DNA of 64,000 nucleotides from an uncultured delta proteobacterium (GCA_963775425.1 CAVZJB010000017.1:352001-416000); one strand, 5' to 3'; counted from the first letter of the stretch, positions 10,629-24,430 are shown. Notes: generated from the letters alone by a model not told the origin. Numbers and translations: made by a program.

Positions 10629-13151
10629 ATGGAACCGAAATACGTCGCCATCCACGGGCACTTCTACCAGCCGCCGCGCGAGAACCCGTGGCTCGAGGAG
10701 ATCGAGCGCGAGGACAGCGCCAACCCCTTTCACGACTGGAACGAGCGCATCGCCGAGGAGTGCTACAAGCCCAACGCCGCCGCGCGCATCCTCGACGGCG
10801 AGGGTCGCATCGCGGACCTCAAAAACAACTATGCCCACCTGAGCTTCAACTTCGGGCCCACGCTCCTGCGCTGGATGGAGCGGCACAGCCGCACTGCCTA
10901 CGAGTCCATCCTCGACGCCGACCGAGGCTCGGTGGAGCGCACGCGCGGGCACGGCAACGCCATCGCGCAGGTCTACAACCACGCGATCCTCCCGCTGTGC
11001 AACGAGCGCGACAAGCACACGCAGATCCGCTGGGGCATCCGCGACTTCGAGCACCGCTTCGGCCGCAAGCCCGAGGGCATGTGGCTCGCCGAGACCGCCG
11101 TCGACCGCGACACGCTCGCCGCGCTCGCCGACAACGACATCGCCTTCACCGTCCTGTCGCCGTACCAGGCGAAGCGCTGGCGGTTCCTCGACGGGAGCCC
11201 GTGGATCCCGACCGAGCACGGCGACATCCCCACGGGCCGCGCCTATGCGTATCAGGGGCACAAGGGCCGCCCCTTCCACCTGTTCTTCTACGACGGTGGC
11301 ATCGCCAAGGGCATCGCGTTCGACCAGATGCTGAGCGACTCGTCGCACCTCGCCGGCGCCATCGAGCACGCCCACCGACAGCGCGTCGGCGCCCAGGACG
11401 ACGACGAGCCTTGGCTCGTGCACACCGCCACGGACGGCGAGAGCTACGGACACCACTTCGCGCACGGCGACATGGCGCTCGGCGCGGCGTTCGCAAGGCT
11501 CGAGCGCGACCCCGACGTCCGCCTCACCAACTACGCGACGTTCCTCGCGCGAAACCGGGTGCGCGCGGAGGCCGACATCCTCGACGTGAGCGCGTGGTCC
11601 TGCGCGCACGGCGTCGGCCGCTGGTCGCGCGACTGCGGCTGCCGCATCGGCGGCGGGCCGGAGTGGACGCAGCAGTGGCGCGAGCCGCTCCGCGAGGCGC
11701 TGAACATCCTGCGCGACGCCCTCGCCGAGCACTACGAGCGCGCCATGGGGGCGCTGGTCCGCGATCCATGGGCCGTGCGCGACGCGTACATCGACGTCGT
11801 GCTCGACCCGTCGCGGGCGGCCGCGTTCTCGCGAGAGCACATGCGGCGCGGCGACGTCGACGCCGAGACGCTCACGCGCTTCCTCTCGCTCCTCGAGATG
11901 CAGCGCGCGGCGCTGTTGATGTTCACGTCATGCGGCTGGTTCTTCGACGACATCAGCGGCGGCGAGTCCATCATCCTCATGAAGTACGCGGCGCGCGCGT
12001 TGGAGCTCGCGCGCGCGACCGGCGAGGACCGCGCGGAGGAGCCCTTCCTCGACATGCTCTCCCGCGCCGAGAGCAACGTCCCCGGCCCCCACGGCGAGAA
12101 GGTCGACGGGCGCATGCTGTTCGAGGAGCGCGCGCGCGCCGTCGCCGTCACCACCGACAAGGTGGTGGTCAGCCACGCGCTCCGGTCCCTGTCGGAGGGG
12201 CCCAAGCGCTCGAGCGCGCTGTACGCGTACCGCGTCACGCAGCACGAGGAGGTGCCGTTCACCAAGGGCTCCGTGCCGTGCGTGGTGGGGCGTGTCACCG
12301 TCGAGGACGCTCGCACGCTCGAGTCCGCGTCCACGATCTACGCGCTGGCGCACTTCGGAGGCACCGACTTCCGCTGCTCCACCAAGCCCTGGCACGACGA
12401 CGCCCACACCCACGTCCTCGTCGAGACCATCCGCACCGCCGCCCTCGAAGGCTCCACCACGTCCATGATGCGGGCGCTCGACGAGACCTTCGGCGACCGC
12501 GCCTACGGCTTGCGCGACGCCTTCCACGACCTCCGCCAGAGCGCGGCGCGCGCCATCGGGGCCGAGAAGGTGACGGTGCTCGACGTCGTAGGCAGCGAGC
12601 TGCTCGAGAACCACCGCGCGTTGCTCCTGTCGCTGCGCGAGCTCGGGGTGCCGCTGCCCCTGCACGTCGAGGCGTTGGCGTCGCACGTCCTCTCGGTGAG
12701 CGCGGACACCCTCGTCCGCGAGCTCATCGAGGCCGGCGATCCCGAGCAAGAGCACGGGCAAGCGCCCTTCTCGAGCGCCGACATCGACTTCGCCGCGCGC
12801 GCCACGGCGTCGCGGCTGAAGGCCATCGCCGAGGAGGCGCACGCGCTCGGGCTCAAGCTCGAGCTGCCCGCCGGCGGCCACGCGCTCGGCGACGGCATCG
12901 TGCAGGCGCTGCGCGACTTCGCCGAGACCCGCGACGGCGATCGCGCCACGGCAGCGCTGCGCCTGATCGAGGCCTGTGTGCAGCTCGGCATGAGCCCGCG
13001 CTTGTGGGACGTCCAGACCGAGCACTTCCGGCTCGTGGCGCGCGCGCTCGCCGATCCCATTCTCGCTGACGCGCTGCGCGATCGGCGCGACCTCGTCGAC
13101 GCCCTCGACCGCTTCGGTCACAGCACCTTCGGCCGCCGCCTCGAGCCGTGA
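10629..13151 (+). CDS. Glycoside hydrolase family 57 / DUF3536-type protein
   Basis: HGHFYQPPRENPW, GMWLAETA, TDGESYGHH, SWSCAHG-like motif, MFTSCGWFFDD. Confidence 0.9.
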   Translation: MEPKYVAIHGHFYQPPRENPWLEEIEREDSANPFHDWNERIAEECYKPNAAARILDGEGRIADLKNNYAHLSFNFGPTLLRWMERHSRTAYESILDADRGSVERTRGHGNAIAQVYNHAILPLCNERDKHTQIRWGIRDFEHRFGRKPEGMWLAETAVDRDTLAALADNDIAFTVLSPYQAKRWRFLDGSPWIPTEHGDIPTGRAYAYQGHKGRPFHLFFYDGGIAKGIAFDQMLSDSSHLAGAIEHAHRQRVGAQDDDEPWLVHTATDGESYGHHFAHGDMALGAAFARLERDPDVRLTNYATFLARNRVRAEADILDVSAWSCAHGVGRWSRDCGCRIGGGPEWTQQWREPLREALNILRDALAEHYERAMGALVRDPWAVRDAYIDVVLDPSRAAAFSREHMRRGDVDAETLTRFLSLLEMQRAALLMFTSCGWFFDDISGGESIILMKYAARALELARATGEDRAEEPFLDMLSRAESNVPGPHGEKVDGRMLFEERARAVAVTTDKVVVSHALRSLSEGPKRSSALYAYRVTQHEEVPFTKGSVPCVVGRVTVEDARTLESASTIYALAHFGGTDFRCSTKPWHDDAHTHVLVETIRTAALEGSTTSMMRALDETFGDRAYGLRDAFHDLRQSAARAIGAEKVTVLDVVGSELLENHRALLLSLRELGVPLPLHVEALASHVLSVSADTLVRELIEAGDPEQEHGQAPFSSADIDFAARATASRLKAIAEEAHALGLKLELPAGGHALGDGIVQALRDFAETRDGDRATAALRLIEACVQLGMSPRLWDVQTEHFRLVARALADPILADALRDRRDLVDALDRFGHSTFGRRLEP

Positions 13152-13229
13152 GCCCCGTCGGATCGTGACGCCGCGCATTCGATCGCGGCGTCCTCGTCGC
13201 GCTAGGGTGGACGCGAGAGGTGTCATCCA

Positions 13230-14825
13230 TTGTCGCACCCACCGCCGCCGTTCCGTCGCCGGCCCGCACGCTCCGATCCCGCCGGTCGCCGATCGCGTGT
13301 GGCGGTGTTCGGCCTGAGCGCGTTCAACCCGTACTCGCTCGACGCCAACGGCTGGTGCGAGCCGACCGCCAACCGCGCCGAGGCGTATGACCGCTCCGGT
13401 CCGCCCGCCGACCCACGCGCCCGCGCCGACGAGGGCGCGCGCCGCCGCGCCACGGTCGAGCGCCAACTGCGCGCGCTGAAGGAACAAGGCCCCTGCGACG
13501 TCGCCGTCGACGCGCTCTACGCGCGCTTCGCCGAGCACCCGCGCAGGGACGCCGTCGCCGCGCTCTTTCCCCCGCTCAGGGGAACGGAGCGGCGCACCGC
13601 GCTGCGCCGTGAGGTGGGGCGCGTGCGCGTGCGCAGCGCCCGCGGCGACGTCATCGACCTCGCGACCAAGGTGCGCGAGTGCTCCGCCCTGACGCCCCTC
13701 GAGTCGCACCGCATCCTCGACGCCCTCGTCGACCTGCGCCACGCCTGGAAGACGCGCGACGTCGAGGGCGCCGACATCGGCTACGAGGAGATCAACTGGC
13801 GCCACGCGTGCCAGGAGGTCGGCCAGATCCTCGACGTCGCCGAGGAAAACGGCTTGAGCGCAGGCGTGACCGAGGACGCCGTGCTCGCGTCGCTCTTCTC
13901 CGACGCCGCCAAGTTCCGCGGCAACTTCCTCACGCACCACATCGACGGCGCGGTGGCGGCGGCGCACGTGTTGCCGCGCTTCCTCGACGTCTCCAGCGAA
14001 GGCGGCCGCGCGCGCGTCGTGGCCATGTGCCAGGCCATCCTCGAGCACCAGGTGGGGCCGCCGCGCTTCATGGCCCAGATGGTGCGGATGGGCATCGAGG
14101 AGAAGCTCCGCTCCCGCGCGCCCGTCGCAGACGGGTCCAGAAGCGAGGTCGCCGCGCTCGACTCGCTGCAAAAGAAGATCGCCGACCCGCTCAACTCCAG
14201 GCACGCGCGGCTCCACCGGGACGGCTACGGCGTCCTCGACCTCGACGACCGCGAGCGCGCCTTGCTCTCGCTCGTGGACCTGCCCGACTGGTACGTGCCG
14301 CACCCGGCGACGCCGTGGTTCGTGGCGTCGAGCGCCGTCATCGACGCCGACAGCCTCGTCAACTACGTCACCCCCGACGGCGTCGGAAAGATCGTCGCCA
14401 TCTGCGGTCCGGGGACGCCGTTCCACGACCCCACGGTCTTCCACTCCATCTTCTCGTGCGGCGCGTCGTTCGTCGACGCCGTGAGCGTCATGAGCGACAC
14501 CGCCATGTCCGCGATGCGCCAGGGCGTTCACAAGACGCGCGCCGCCATCGACGAGGTGCGCGCGCGCGTCCTCGCGGAGCTCGACGAGGGCTGGCTGCAC
14601 TTCGCCCCGGCCGAGCTGCGGCGGGTGCTGCGCGAAGAGGTCGTCGACGTCGACAAGCTCACGTCGGTCAAGCGAGACGGCGAGATCCTCGTCGATGTGC
14701 CCTGGCTGGAAAACGGCCAGCTCCCCTACTGGAGCTCACCCCTCGACTACGGCGCGGACGGCGCGGCCTTCGAGTTCGCCAAGCTCCTGCGGCGCCGGCT
14801 CGCCGATCTGTTGCGGGAGGCCTGA
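13230..14825 (+). CDS. Hypothetical protein with a divergent HD-superfamily-like motif series
   Basis: H...SD(AAK)...HH...EH...DADS spacing; RBS-like GAGAGG before TTG; start uncertain. Confidence 0.6.
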   Translation: MSHPPPPFRRRPARSDPAGRRSRVAVFGLSAFNPYSLDANGWCEPTANRAEAYDRSGPPADPRARADEGARRRATVERQLRALKEQGPCDVAVDALYARFAEHPRRDAVAALFPPLRGTERRTALRREVGRVRVRSARGDVIDLATKVRECSALTPLESHRILDALVDLRHAWKTRDVEGADIGYEEINWRHACQEVGQILDVAEENGLSAGVTEDAVLASLFSDAAKFRGNFLTHHIDGAVAAAHVLPRFLDVSSEGGRARVVAMCQAILEHQVGPPRFMAQMVRMGIEEKLRSRAPVADGSRSEVAALDSLQKKIADPLNSRHARLHRDGYGVLDLDDRERALLSLVDLPDWYVPHPATPWFVASSAVIDADSLVNYVTPDGVGKIVAICGPGTPFHDPTVFHSIFSCGASFVDAVSVMSDTAMSAMRQGVHKTRAAIDEVRARVLAELDEGWLHFAPAELRRVLREEVVDVDKLTSVKRDGEILVDVPWLENGQLPYWSSPLDYGADGAAFEFAKLLRRRLADLLREA

Positions 14826-15232
14826 TGGCCAGGAAGAAGCCCGGGAAGAAGCGCGCGAAGAAGTCCGCGGCGCCCGCCGCCGGCGAGGCCCCATCGGAGA
14901 CGGCCGGGCGGGAGAAGAGAAAGCACCCGCGCGTCCCGCTCGAGATGCTCGTGCAGGTGAAGAGCGACTCCATCGAGGCGTTCAAGGCCATGCACGCGAA
15001 GAACCTCTCCGTCGGCGGCATGTTCATCGAGGAGGCGCCCCCGAGGCCGGTCGGCACGCAGATCTACTTCCACTTCACCGTGAAGGACGGCGGCACGCTC
15101 ATCGAGGGGCTCGGCAAGGTGGTGCACGCGTCCGACAAAGGCATGGGCGTCGAGTTCGTGAGCGTGCTCGAGCCGTCGGCGTCCATCATCCGCACGCTGG
15201 TGACGCAGCGGCTCAGCACTCCGGCGGCATAG
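14825..15232 (+). CDS. PilZ-domain protein
   Basis: RxxxR (KRKHPR) and NxSxxG (NLSVGG) motifs, GMGVEF; TGATG overlap with the upstream gene. Confidence 0.88.
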   Translation: MARKKPGKKRAKKSAAPAAGEAPSETAGREKRKHPRVPLEMLVQVKSDSIEAFKAMHAKNLSVGGMFIEEAPPRPVGTQIYFHFTVKDGGTLIEGLGKVVHASDKGMGVEFVSVLEPSASIIRTLVTQRLSTPAA

Positions 15233-15235
15233 TGG

Positions 15236-16102
15236 CTAGGGCCGGGGCGGCCAATTCTCGTCGTCGACGGGGAACCTCGGGAAGCGCGCATCCGCGGGGA
15301 TTTCGGCGTGGTCGAGGGCGTCGGGGTAGTAGACCTCCTCGAGCGTGAGCCCGAGCGCCGGCGCGGTGACGCCCGCCGTGGTGCGATCACGCGCGTCGAG
15401 CATGCGCACGACGTCGGCGGGGGAGAACCGGCCGCGGCCGACGTCGACGAGGGTGCCGGCGAGGCAGCGCACCATGTGGCGGCAAAAGGCGTTGCCGCGG
15501 ACCTCGAACCCGATGGACGCAGGGTCGTCGCCGGCGCGCGAGACCTCGGCGCGCCACAGGTAACGGCGCGCGTGGGCGGCGTCGCACTGCGCGGAGCGGA
15601 AGCTCTCGAAGTCCTTCTCGCCGAGGAACACGCGCGAGGCCTCCCGCATCGCGGCGACGTCGAGCGGCTGGCGCACGTGCCACGACGTCAGGGCCTTGAA
15701 CGGGTCCCGGTGGGCCGCGTTGTGGACGCGGTAGACGTAGCGCTTGCCGACCGAGTGGCGCTTGGCATCGAAGCCGTCGATGACGTCGGCGCGTACGACG
15801 CTGACGTCGTCGGGGAGCTGCGATCCGAGCGCGAGCACCATCTTGTCGACCGGCACGCGCGACGAAAACGTCGTGGAGACCACCTGTCCGCGCGCGTGGA
15901 CGCCGGCGTCTGTGCGGCCGGCCGCGCGGGCGCGGACGGTGCCGGGCGGGGCGCCGGCGACGCCGCAGAGCGCGGCCTCGACGACGTCCTGGACGGTGCG
16001 GGCGCCGGCCTGGTGTTGCCACCCCTGAAAGCGCGTCCCCACGTACGCGACGACGAGTCGCCACGTGCGGGTCTCTCTCTCGGGGACGTCGTGCCTGCCC
16101 AC
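15236..16102 (-). CDS. truA: tRNA pseudouridine(38-40) synthase
   Basis: AGRTDAGVHARGQV, FQGWQ, GNAFCRHMVR; start approximate. Confidence 0.93.
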   Translation of the reverse strand: MGRHDVPERETRTWRLVVAYVGTRFQGWQHQAGARTVQDVVEAALCGVAGAPPGTVRARAAGRTDAGVHARGQVVSTTFSSRVPVDKMVLALGSQLPDDVSVVRADVIDGFDAKRHSVGKRYVYRVHNAAHRDPFKALTSWHVRQPLDVAAMREASRVFLGEKDFESFRSAQCDAAHARRYLWRAEVSRAGDDPASIGFEVRGNAFCRHMVRCLAGTLVDVGRGRFSPADVVRMLDARDRTTAGVTAPALGLTLEEVYYPDALDHAEIPADARFPRFPVDDENWPPRP

Positions 16103-16125
16103 GTCCGGATTTGCTAGCAGACCGC

Positions 16126-18225
<2,100 letters not shown>

Positions 18226-18290
18226 GCGGCGACGCTTTCACGCGGCGGCGCCGCGCGCCGAGCGGTGCCGATCGATCCGGCTGCGCGTCG

Positions 18291-18746
18291 CTACGACGAC
18301 ATGCCCTCGAAGAGATCGGGAGCCGGAGGCGCCGTGCCCGCACGGAGCTCGTGGGCCTCGAGGAACGCCTCGACGTGCTTCACCAGCGCGGCCTGCTCGA
18401 AGCGCGCGAAGGAGGCGAGCGCGGGCTTGTCATCCTGCAAAAGCGCCATGGCGCGCGCGATTCCCCCAGGCGCCGCGAGCGCCTCGCGCATCTTGTCGCC
18501 GAGGCTCTTCGGGGCTCGGGCACAAAATGCGCCGAGGGCGTCGTGGGTGAAGCTCTTGTCGACCGGTTGCAGCTTCACGAAGCGATCGGGGAAGCGCTTG
18601 AGCTTGTCCCGGATATCCCGCTCGTCATCGAAACCCTTCACCAGCGTCAGCACCTCGCCGCTCACCGTGTCGAGCCAGCTCTCCGCGCCGGTGGCGTCGC
18701 GAAACGCGAGCTCGAGGTCCGCCCAGTCGATGTCGAGGATGCGCAT
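18291..18746 (-). CDS. UPF0158-like protein
   Basis: IDWADLELAF...WLDTVSGEV N-terminus typical of UPF0158. Confidence 0.65.
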   Translation of the reverse strand: MRILDIDWADLELAFRDATGAESWLDTVSGEVLTLVKGFDDERDIRDKLKRFPDRFVKLQPVDKSFTHDALGAFCARAPKSLGDKMREALAAPGGIARAMALLQDDKPALASFARFEQAALVKHVEAFLEAHELRAGTAPPAPDLFEGMSS

Positions 18747-18808
18747 CCCCCGATCTGCGCGCACGCGGGCGCTTTCCGCAACCGCCGCTTCGTGCGAAAA
18801 ACCCGCCC

Positions 18809-20455
18809 ATGCCCGAGCTCATCCTCCTCGCCGACGGGAAACCGCTCCTTCGCTGCCCGCTGCACGGGCAGGCGGTGAGCGTCGGCCGGTCCGCCGCCAA
18901 CGACATCTCCGTCCCGGACGATGGCCTGCCGGCGCTCCACTGCAGCTTCGAGCCCCTGCCGGGCGGCCGCTACCAGGTCGTCGACCGCGGCGGCCAGGGC
19001 GTCTTCATCGGCGGCGACGAGTACGAGCACAAGGACCTCGACGAGGGCGACACCGTCACGCTCGGCCACCTCGTCGCCCGCTTCCAGAAGGGCGCCGACG
19101 AGCCCTTCATCCCGCCCAAGGCGGAGCGCGCGCAGCGCACCGGGATCCTGCGCACCTCCGGCTCCGGCGAGAAGCTCACGCGCGTCGACCTCCGCCTCCG
19201 GCTCCCCGCCGCCGCCGGAGGCGGGGTCCTCGAGATCCCCCCGCAGGGCCTCCGCTTCGGCGCCAACAGCGACAACGACGTCGTCATCGACGACGGCTTC
19301 GTGTCCTCGTTCCACGCACAGCTCTTCTTGAAGGGCGAGCGCCTCTTCGTTCGCGACCTCGACAGCACCAACGGCACCTTCGTCGGCGACGTCCGCGTCG
19401 TCGAAGCCGAAGTGCCCGTCGGCTCCACGCTCAAGCTCGGCAAGGCCGAGATCCAGGTGGAGACCGCCGAGACCGAAGAGCCCATCGAGGCCCCCGGCGG
19501 CGCGGGGCCCTGGCGCTGCGTCGACCTCGTCACCGCCGACCCCGGCTTCGCCCGCACCTTCGGCTTCGTCGAGAAGGTCGCACCGCACGACGCCACCGTC
19601 TGCGTTTTCGGTGAGACCGGCACCGGCAAGGAGCTCGTCGCCCAGGCGCTGCACAAGCTCTCCGCGCGCAGAAGCGGCCCCTTCGTCCCGCTCAACTGCG
19701 CCGCCGTCCCGCAGAACCTCATCGAGAGCGAGCTGTTCGGCCACGAGAAGGGCGCGTTCACCGGCGCAGACAAGCAACGCGTCGGCGCCTTCGAGGAGGC
19801 CAACAAGGGCACCATCTTCCTCGACGAGGTCGGCGAGCTCGCCATGGACGTGCAGGCCAAGCTGCTGCGCGTCCTCGAGACGCGCACGGTCCGGCGCCTG
19901 GGCGGACGCGGCGACATCTCCATCGACGTGCGCGTCGTTTGCGCCACCCACAGAGACCTCGTGCAACGCGTCAAGGATGGCAAGTTCCGCGAAGATCTCC
20001 TGCACCGCCTCTACGTCATCCCCATCAAGCTGCCGGCGCTGCGCGATCGGCCGCTCGACATCGGCCAGCTCGCGCGTCACTTCATCGACCTGCTGTCGCC
20101 GGTGAAGGGCGTGAAGCTCACCGAAGGCGCCGAGAAGAAGCTCAAGAACCACCCGTTCCCCGGCAACGTGCGCGAGCTGAGAAACGTCATCCAACGCGCG
20201 CTCATCATGGGGGACGGCAAGCAGGTCACCGAAAAGGACGTCGCGTTCATCGCGGTCACGCTCGCCGAGGCCACCATGGTCGGGCAGGTCTACAAGCCGG
20301 GCATGACCATGGATGACATCGAGCGCGAGGCGTACAGGGGCGCGCTCAAGGCGTTCGGCTCCGCGTCGGAGGCGGCGCGCGCGCTCGGCCTGCCGAAGAC
20401 CACCTTCTGGCGGCGGGCCACGGCGCTCGGCTTGCTCAACAAGGGCGCCGAGTAG
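18809..20455 (+). CDS. Sigma54-dependent enhancer-binding protein with two FHA domains
   Basis: VGRS..ND and SSFHA/STNGT FHA motifs; GETGTGKE, ESELFGHEKGAFTGA, FPGNVREL; C-terminal HTH. Confidence 0.93.
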   Translation: MPELILLADGKPLLRCPLHGQAVSVGRSAANDISVPDDGLPALHCSFEPLPGGRYQVVDRGGQGVFIGGDEYEHKDLDEGDTVTLGHLVARFQKGADEPFIPPKAERAQRTGILRTSGSGEKLTRVDLRLRLPAAAGGGVLEIPPQGLRFGANSDNDVVIDDGFVSSFHAQLFLKGERLFVRDLDSTNGTFVGDVRVVEAEVPVGSTLKLGKAEIQVETAETEEPIEAPGGAGPWRCVDLVTADPGFARTFGFVEKVAPHDATVCVFGETGTGKELVAQALHKLSARRSGPFVPLNCAAVPQNLIESELFGHEKGAFTGADKQRVGAFEEANKGTIFLDEVGELAMDVQAKLLRVLETRTVRRLGGRGDISIDVRVVCATHRDLVQRVKDGKFREDLLHRLYVIPIKLPALRDRPLDIGQLARHFIDLLSPVKGVKLTEGAEKKLKNHPFPGNVRELRNVIQRALIMGDGKQVTEKDVAFIAVTLAEATMVGQVYKPGMTMDDIEREAYRGALKAFGSASEAARALGLPKTTFWRRATALGLLNKGAE

Positions 20456-20471
20456 CGCGGTCACACGCGGC

Positions 20472-21212
20472 ATGAGCGAGCTCGGACCCTGCCCGCGCTG
20501 CGGCGCCCCGATGACGGAGACCATCGGCGCGCTCGGCGAGGCCGCGTGCGGCAAGTGCCACGCGCGCTTCCTCGACGCCGACGTCGTCGAGCTGTTGCGC
20601 GAGGCGCACCTTCGCATCGACGCGTCGCTGCTGCGCGAGATGGCGCGCGCGGGGTCGCCGTCCGCCCCGTGCCCGCGCTGCCGGACACCGCTGCGATTGC
20701 AGCGCGTGCGCAGCGTCGCCGTCGACCTCTGCCCCGGCTGCGGCGGCATGCTCCTCGACGTCGGCGAGCTGCTCGCGCTCACGCGCGGCGAGGTGCGCGA
20801 GGTGGCGGCGCCCGCGGTCGCGCCGGCGTCACTGGAGCTCGCCGACGCACCGCCGCCTGCGCCGCCGGCGCTGCGCTGGGCCATCTGCTGCACGAGCTGT
20901 GACGCGGAGATCGACGCGAACGCCGTGTGCTACCTGGTCAACGATCGCCCGTGGTGCGAGAGCTGTGCGGCGGCCGCCGGCCTCGGTGGGGCCCGCGGCG
21001 TCGTGTCGCTCGTGGTGTCGAGCATCGTGTCGCTCCTCCTCGTGCCCTTGAGCTTCGTCGGCTTGCGGCGCCGCGGCTGGCGCTCGTCGAATCAGATCGC
21101 CACGCCGTTCACGCCGTCGTCGTCGCTGCCCGCGCGCACCGTCATCGAGAAGCTGGCGCCTGGTGAGGCGTCCTTGCGCGCGGCCCGCTTCGCCCGGCGC
21201 GTGCCGCGCTGA
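20472..21212 (+). CDS. Multi zinc-ribbon (zf-TFIIB-like) membrane protein
   Basis: Three CxxC...CxxC pairs including VDLCPGCGGMLLDVGEL; one TM helix. Confidence 0.7.
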   Translation: MSELGPCPRCGAPMTETIGALGEAACGKCHARFLDADVVELLREAHLRIDASLLREMARAGSPSAPCPRCRTPLRLQRVRSVAVDLCPGCGGMLLDVGELLALTRGEVREVAAPAVAPASLELADAPPPAPPALRWAICCTSCDAEIDANAVCYLVNDRPWCESCAAAAGLGGARGVVSLVVSSIVSLLLVPLSFVGLRRRGWRSSNQIATPFTPSSSLPARTVIEKLAPGEASLRAARFARRVPR

Positions 21213-21216
21213 GCGC

Positions 21217-21659
21217 TCACGACATCGCGCGCGCGCCGGCCCACGCGAGGAGCCCGAGGCGCGAGAGCTGCGCGGCCGTGCGCACCCACTGGCTCACGAT
21301 GACGGCGGAGAGCGCGCCGGCGCCGTTGTCGCCCGCGGCGAGCGCGCGGTGGGCGGGCAGGTGCCACGCGAAGGTGACGACGAAGTACGCGACGCCGAGG
21401 ACGACGACGGCGTGCACCAGCCACGTGGGCGTCGACGCGGGGCGCAGCGCGTAGAGGACGAACGAGAGCACGAACGCCGCGACCTCGAAGGCGACGACGG
21501 GCGCGCCGATGCGCTCATTGAACGCGGCGTACGGGGCGGCGAACGCCGCGCGATCGACGGCGCCGAAGCCGGGATAGACGACGGTGGCGAAGAGCACCAT
21601 GACGCCCGCGAGGTACGCGTTCACGGCGAGGCACACGACCAGGGACCAGGCCCGCAGCG

Positions 21660-21663
<4 letters not shown>
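21217..21663 (-). CDS. Small integral membrane protein (DUF1772-like)
   Basis: Four hydrophobic segments, VVYP and WVRT motifs; GTGA overlap with the upstream gene. Confidence 0.6.
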
Positions 21664-22793
<1,130 letters not shown>

Positions 22794-22849
22794 ACGGCGA
22801 TCATACGGCGGACGTGCCCGAAGCCGACGCCGCGCTGTAGGGTCGGGTC

Positions 22850-24424
22850 GTGCTCACCCGGCTCACCTCGCGCCGCGCGGCGTGGGCGGCCGTCGCGCTC
22901 GCCTCGCTGTCGACGTTCGTCGCCCTCGCGACGGCGGGGCGCCTGCCCGGCGTCGACCTGCCCGCGCACGCCGTGACGCTCCGCCACATCCTCGACACCG
23001 AGGCGCCGGGATACGACGGCCCCTACCAGGTGCTCCCCACAGCCGCCTACACCGCGTTCTTCGCCCTCGCCCGCGCCTTCGCGTTCTTCGTCGACCCCGA
23101 GCGCGCGGTGCTCCTCGCGACCTCGCTGTCCGTGGCGCTCCTGCCGGTCTCCGCCGCTGCCGCCGCCTGTTCACTGCGCCGCTCCCCTGCCCTCGGCGTG
23201 TTCGCCCTCGCCGGCGCGTTCTCGTCGTCGCTCGGGTGGGGCCTCGCGTCCTTCGTCCTCGGCGCGAACGCCGTCGCCCTCTGCGTCGCCGCCGCCGTCG
23301 CCTGGGCGCGGCGCTCCACCGCACCGCGCGGCGTCGCGCTCGCGCTCGCGCTGTGCTTCGCCTACACCGCGCACTCCGCGGCGTGGGCCGTCGCCCTCCC
23401 GTCGGCGCTCTTCCTCTGCGCCGCGCGCGGCCGGCGATCGCCGCGCACGTTTCTCCCCGTCATCGCCGCCGGCGTGGTCACCGTCGCCGCGCTCGCGCGC
23501 TGGCGCTCCCGGCCGGACACGCCGTTTCACCTGCTGCGCCTCCAGGACGGTCCGCGCTTCGGCCCCGCGTTCTTCGCGCGCGTCGCGGAGCTGCCCTCGC
23601 ACCTCGCCGGCTTCGGCGCCGGGCACGCGCTGCCCGTCGCTTGCGCGGTGCTCGTCGCGCTCCTCGCCGCGCGCCTGATCGTTCCGCTCGCGCGCCCCCG
23701 TCGACGACGTCGTCGCCCCGGGCGCGCGCGCGTCACCTTCGCCCGCGCCGCCCCCGCCCTCGTCGCCGCCGGCTGCGCGCTCGCCTACTTCGCCACGCCG
23801 CTCGACTACACGGCCTTCTTCCTCTACCCACGCTTCGTCGTGCTGTTCGCGGTGCTCCTGCCCGCGTGCCTCCCCCGCGCGCGCGGCGCCGCCCGCGTCC
23901 TCCCCATGGTCGCGCTGGTGCCCGCGCTCGCGCTCGCGGCCGCCGCCCACGAGGAGGGGCGCGCGTTCAGCGAGAGCACGCGCTGCATCGACGAGCTCGC
24001 CGCCGCCGCCAGGCCCGGCGAGGCGCTCGTGCCGCTGTCGTGGGTCCGCGGCATGCGCGGCTACACGCAGCCGGTGACGCTCCACCTCGCCGACGTCATC
24101 GTCGCGCGCCGCGGCGGCAGCCTGCCGTTCGACTTCGTCGACATGGGCGCCAACGTCGTCGGCTACCGCGACGGCTTCGTTCGCGACATCCCGCACTGGG
24201 ACGACAGCCACCCCGAGCAATACGTCCACGCCGCCTACGGGGGCGAGTTCACCGCGTGGCTCGTCGCGCAACCGCCCAAGGGGATCGCGAGCATCTTCGG
24301 CGCGCAGCAGGGATGGACCGTGGACACCTGCGGTCCCTTCAGCCTCGTCACCGACGGCTCGGTGCCTCCCGGCAGCCGCCCCGCCGTGCGCTTCCTTCCG
24401 CACCGGCGCACGCGCCCACCATGA
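22850..24424 (+). CDS. Polytopic membrane protein, possibly a GT-C-fold glycosyltransferase
   Basis: About 10 or more TM helices, acidic DLPAH motif after TM1, soluble C-terminal domain. Confidence 0.5.
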   Translation: MLTRLTSRRAAWAAVALASLSTFVALATAGRLPGVDLPAHAVTLRHILDTEAPGYDGPYQVLPTAAYTAFFALARAFAFFVDPERAVLLATSLSVALLPVSAAAAACSLRRSPALGVFALAGAFSSSLGWGLASFVLGANAVALCVAAAVAWARRSTAPRGVALALALCFAYTAHSAAWAVALPSALFLCAARGRRSPRTFLPVIAAGVVTVAALARWRSRPDTPFHLLRLQDGPRFGPAFFARVAELPSHLAGFGAGHALPVACAVLVALLAARLIVPLARPRRRRRRPGRARVTFARAAPALVAAGCALAYFATPLDYTAFFLYPRFVVLFAVLLPACLPRARGAARVLPMVALVPALALAAAAHEEGRAFSESTRCIDELAAAARPGEALVPLSWVRGMRGYTQPVTLHLADVIVARRGGSLPFDFVDMGANVVGYRDGFVRDIPHWDDSHPEQYVHAAYGGEFTAWLVAQPPKGIASIFGAQQGWTVDTCGPFSLVTDGSVPPGSRPAVRFLPHRRTRPP

Positions 24425-24430
24425 GGCCAC

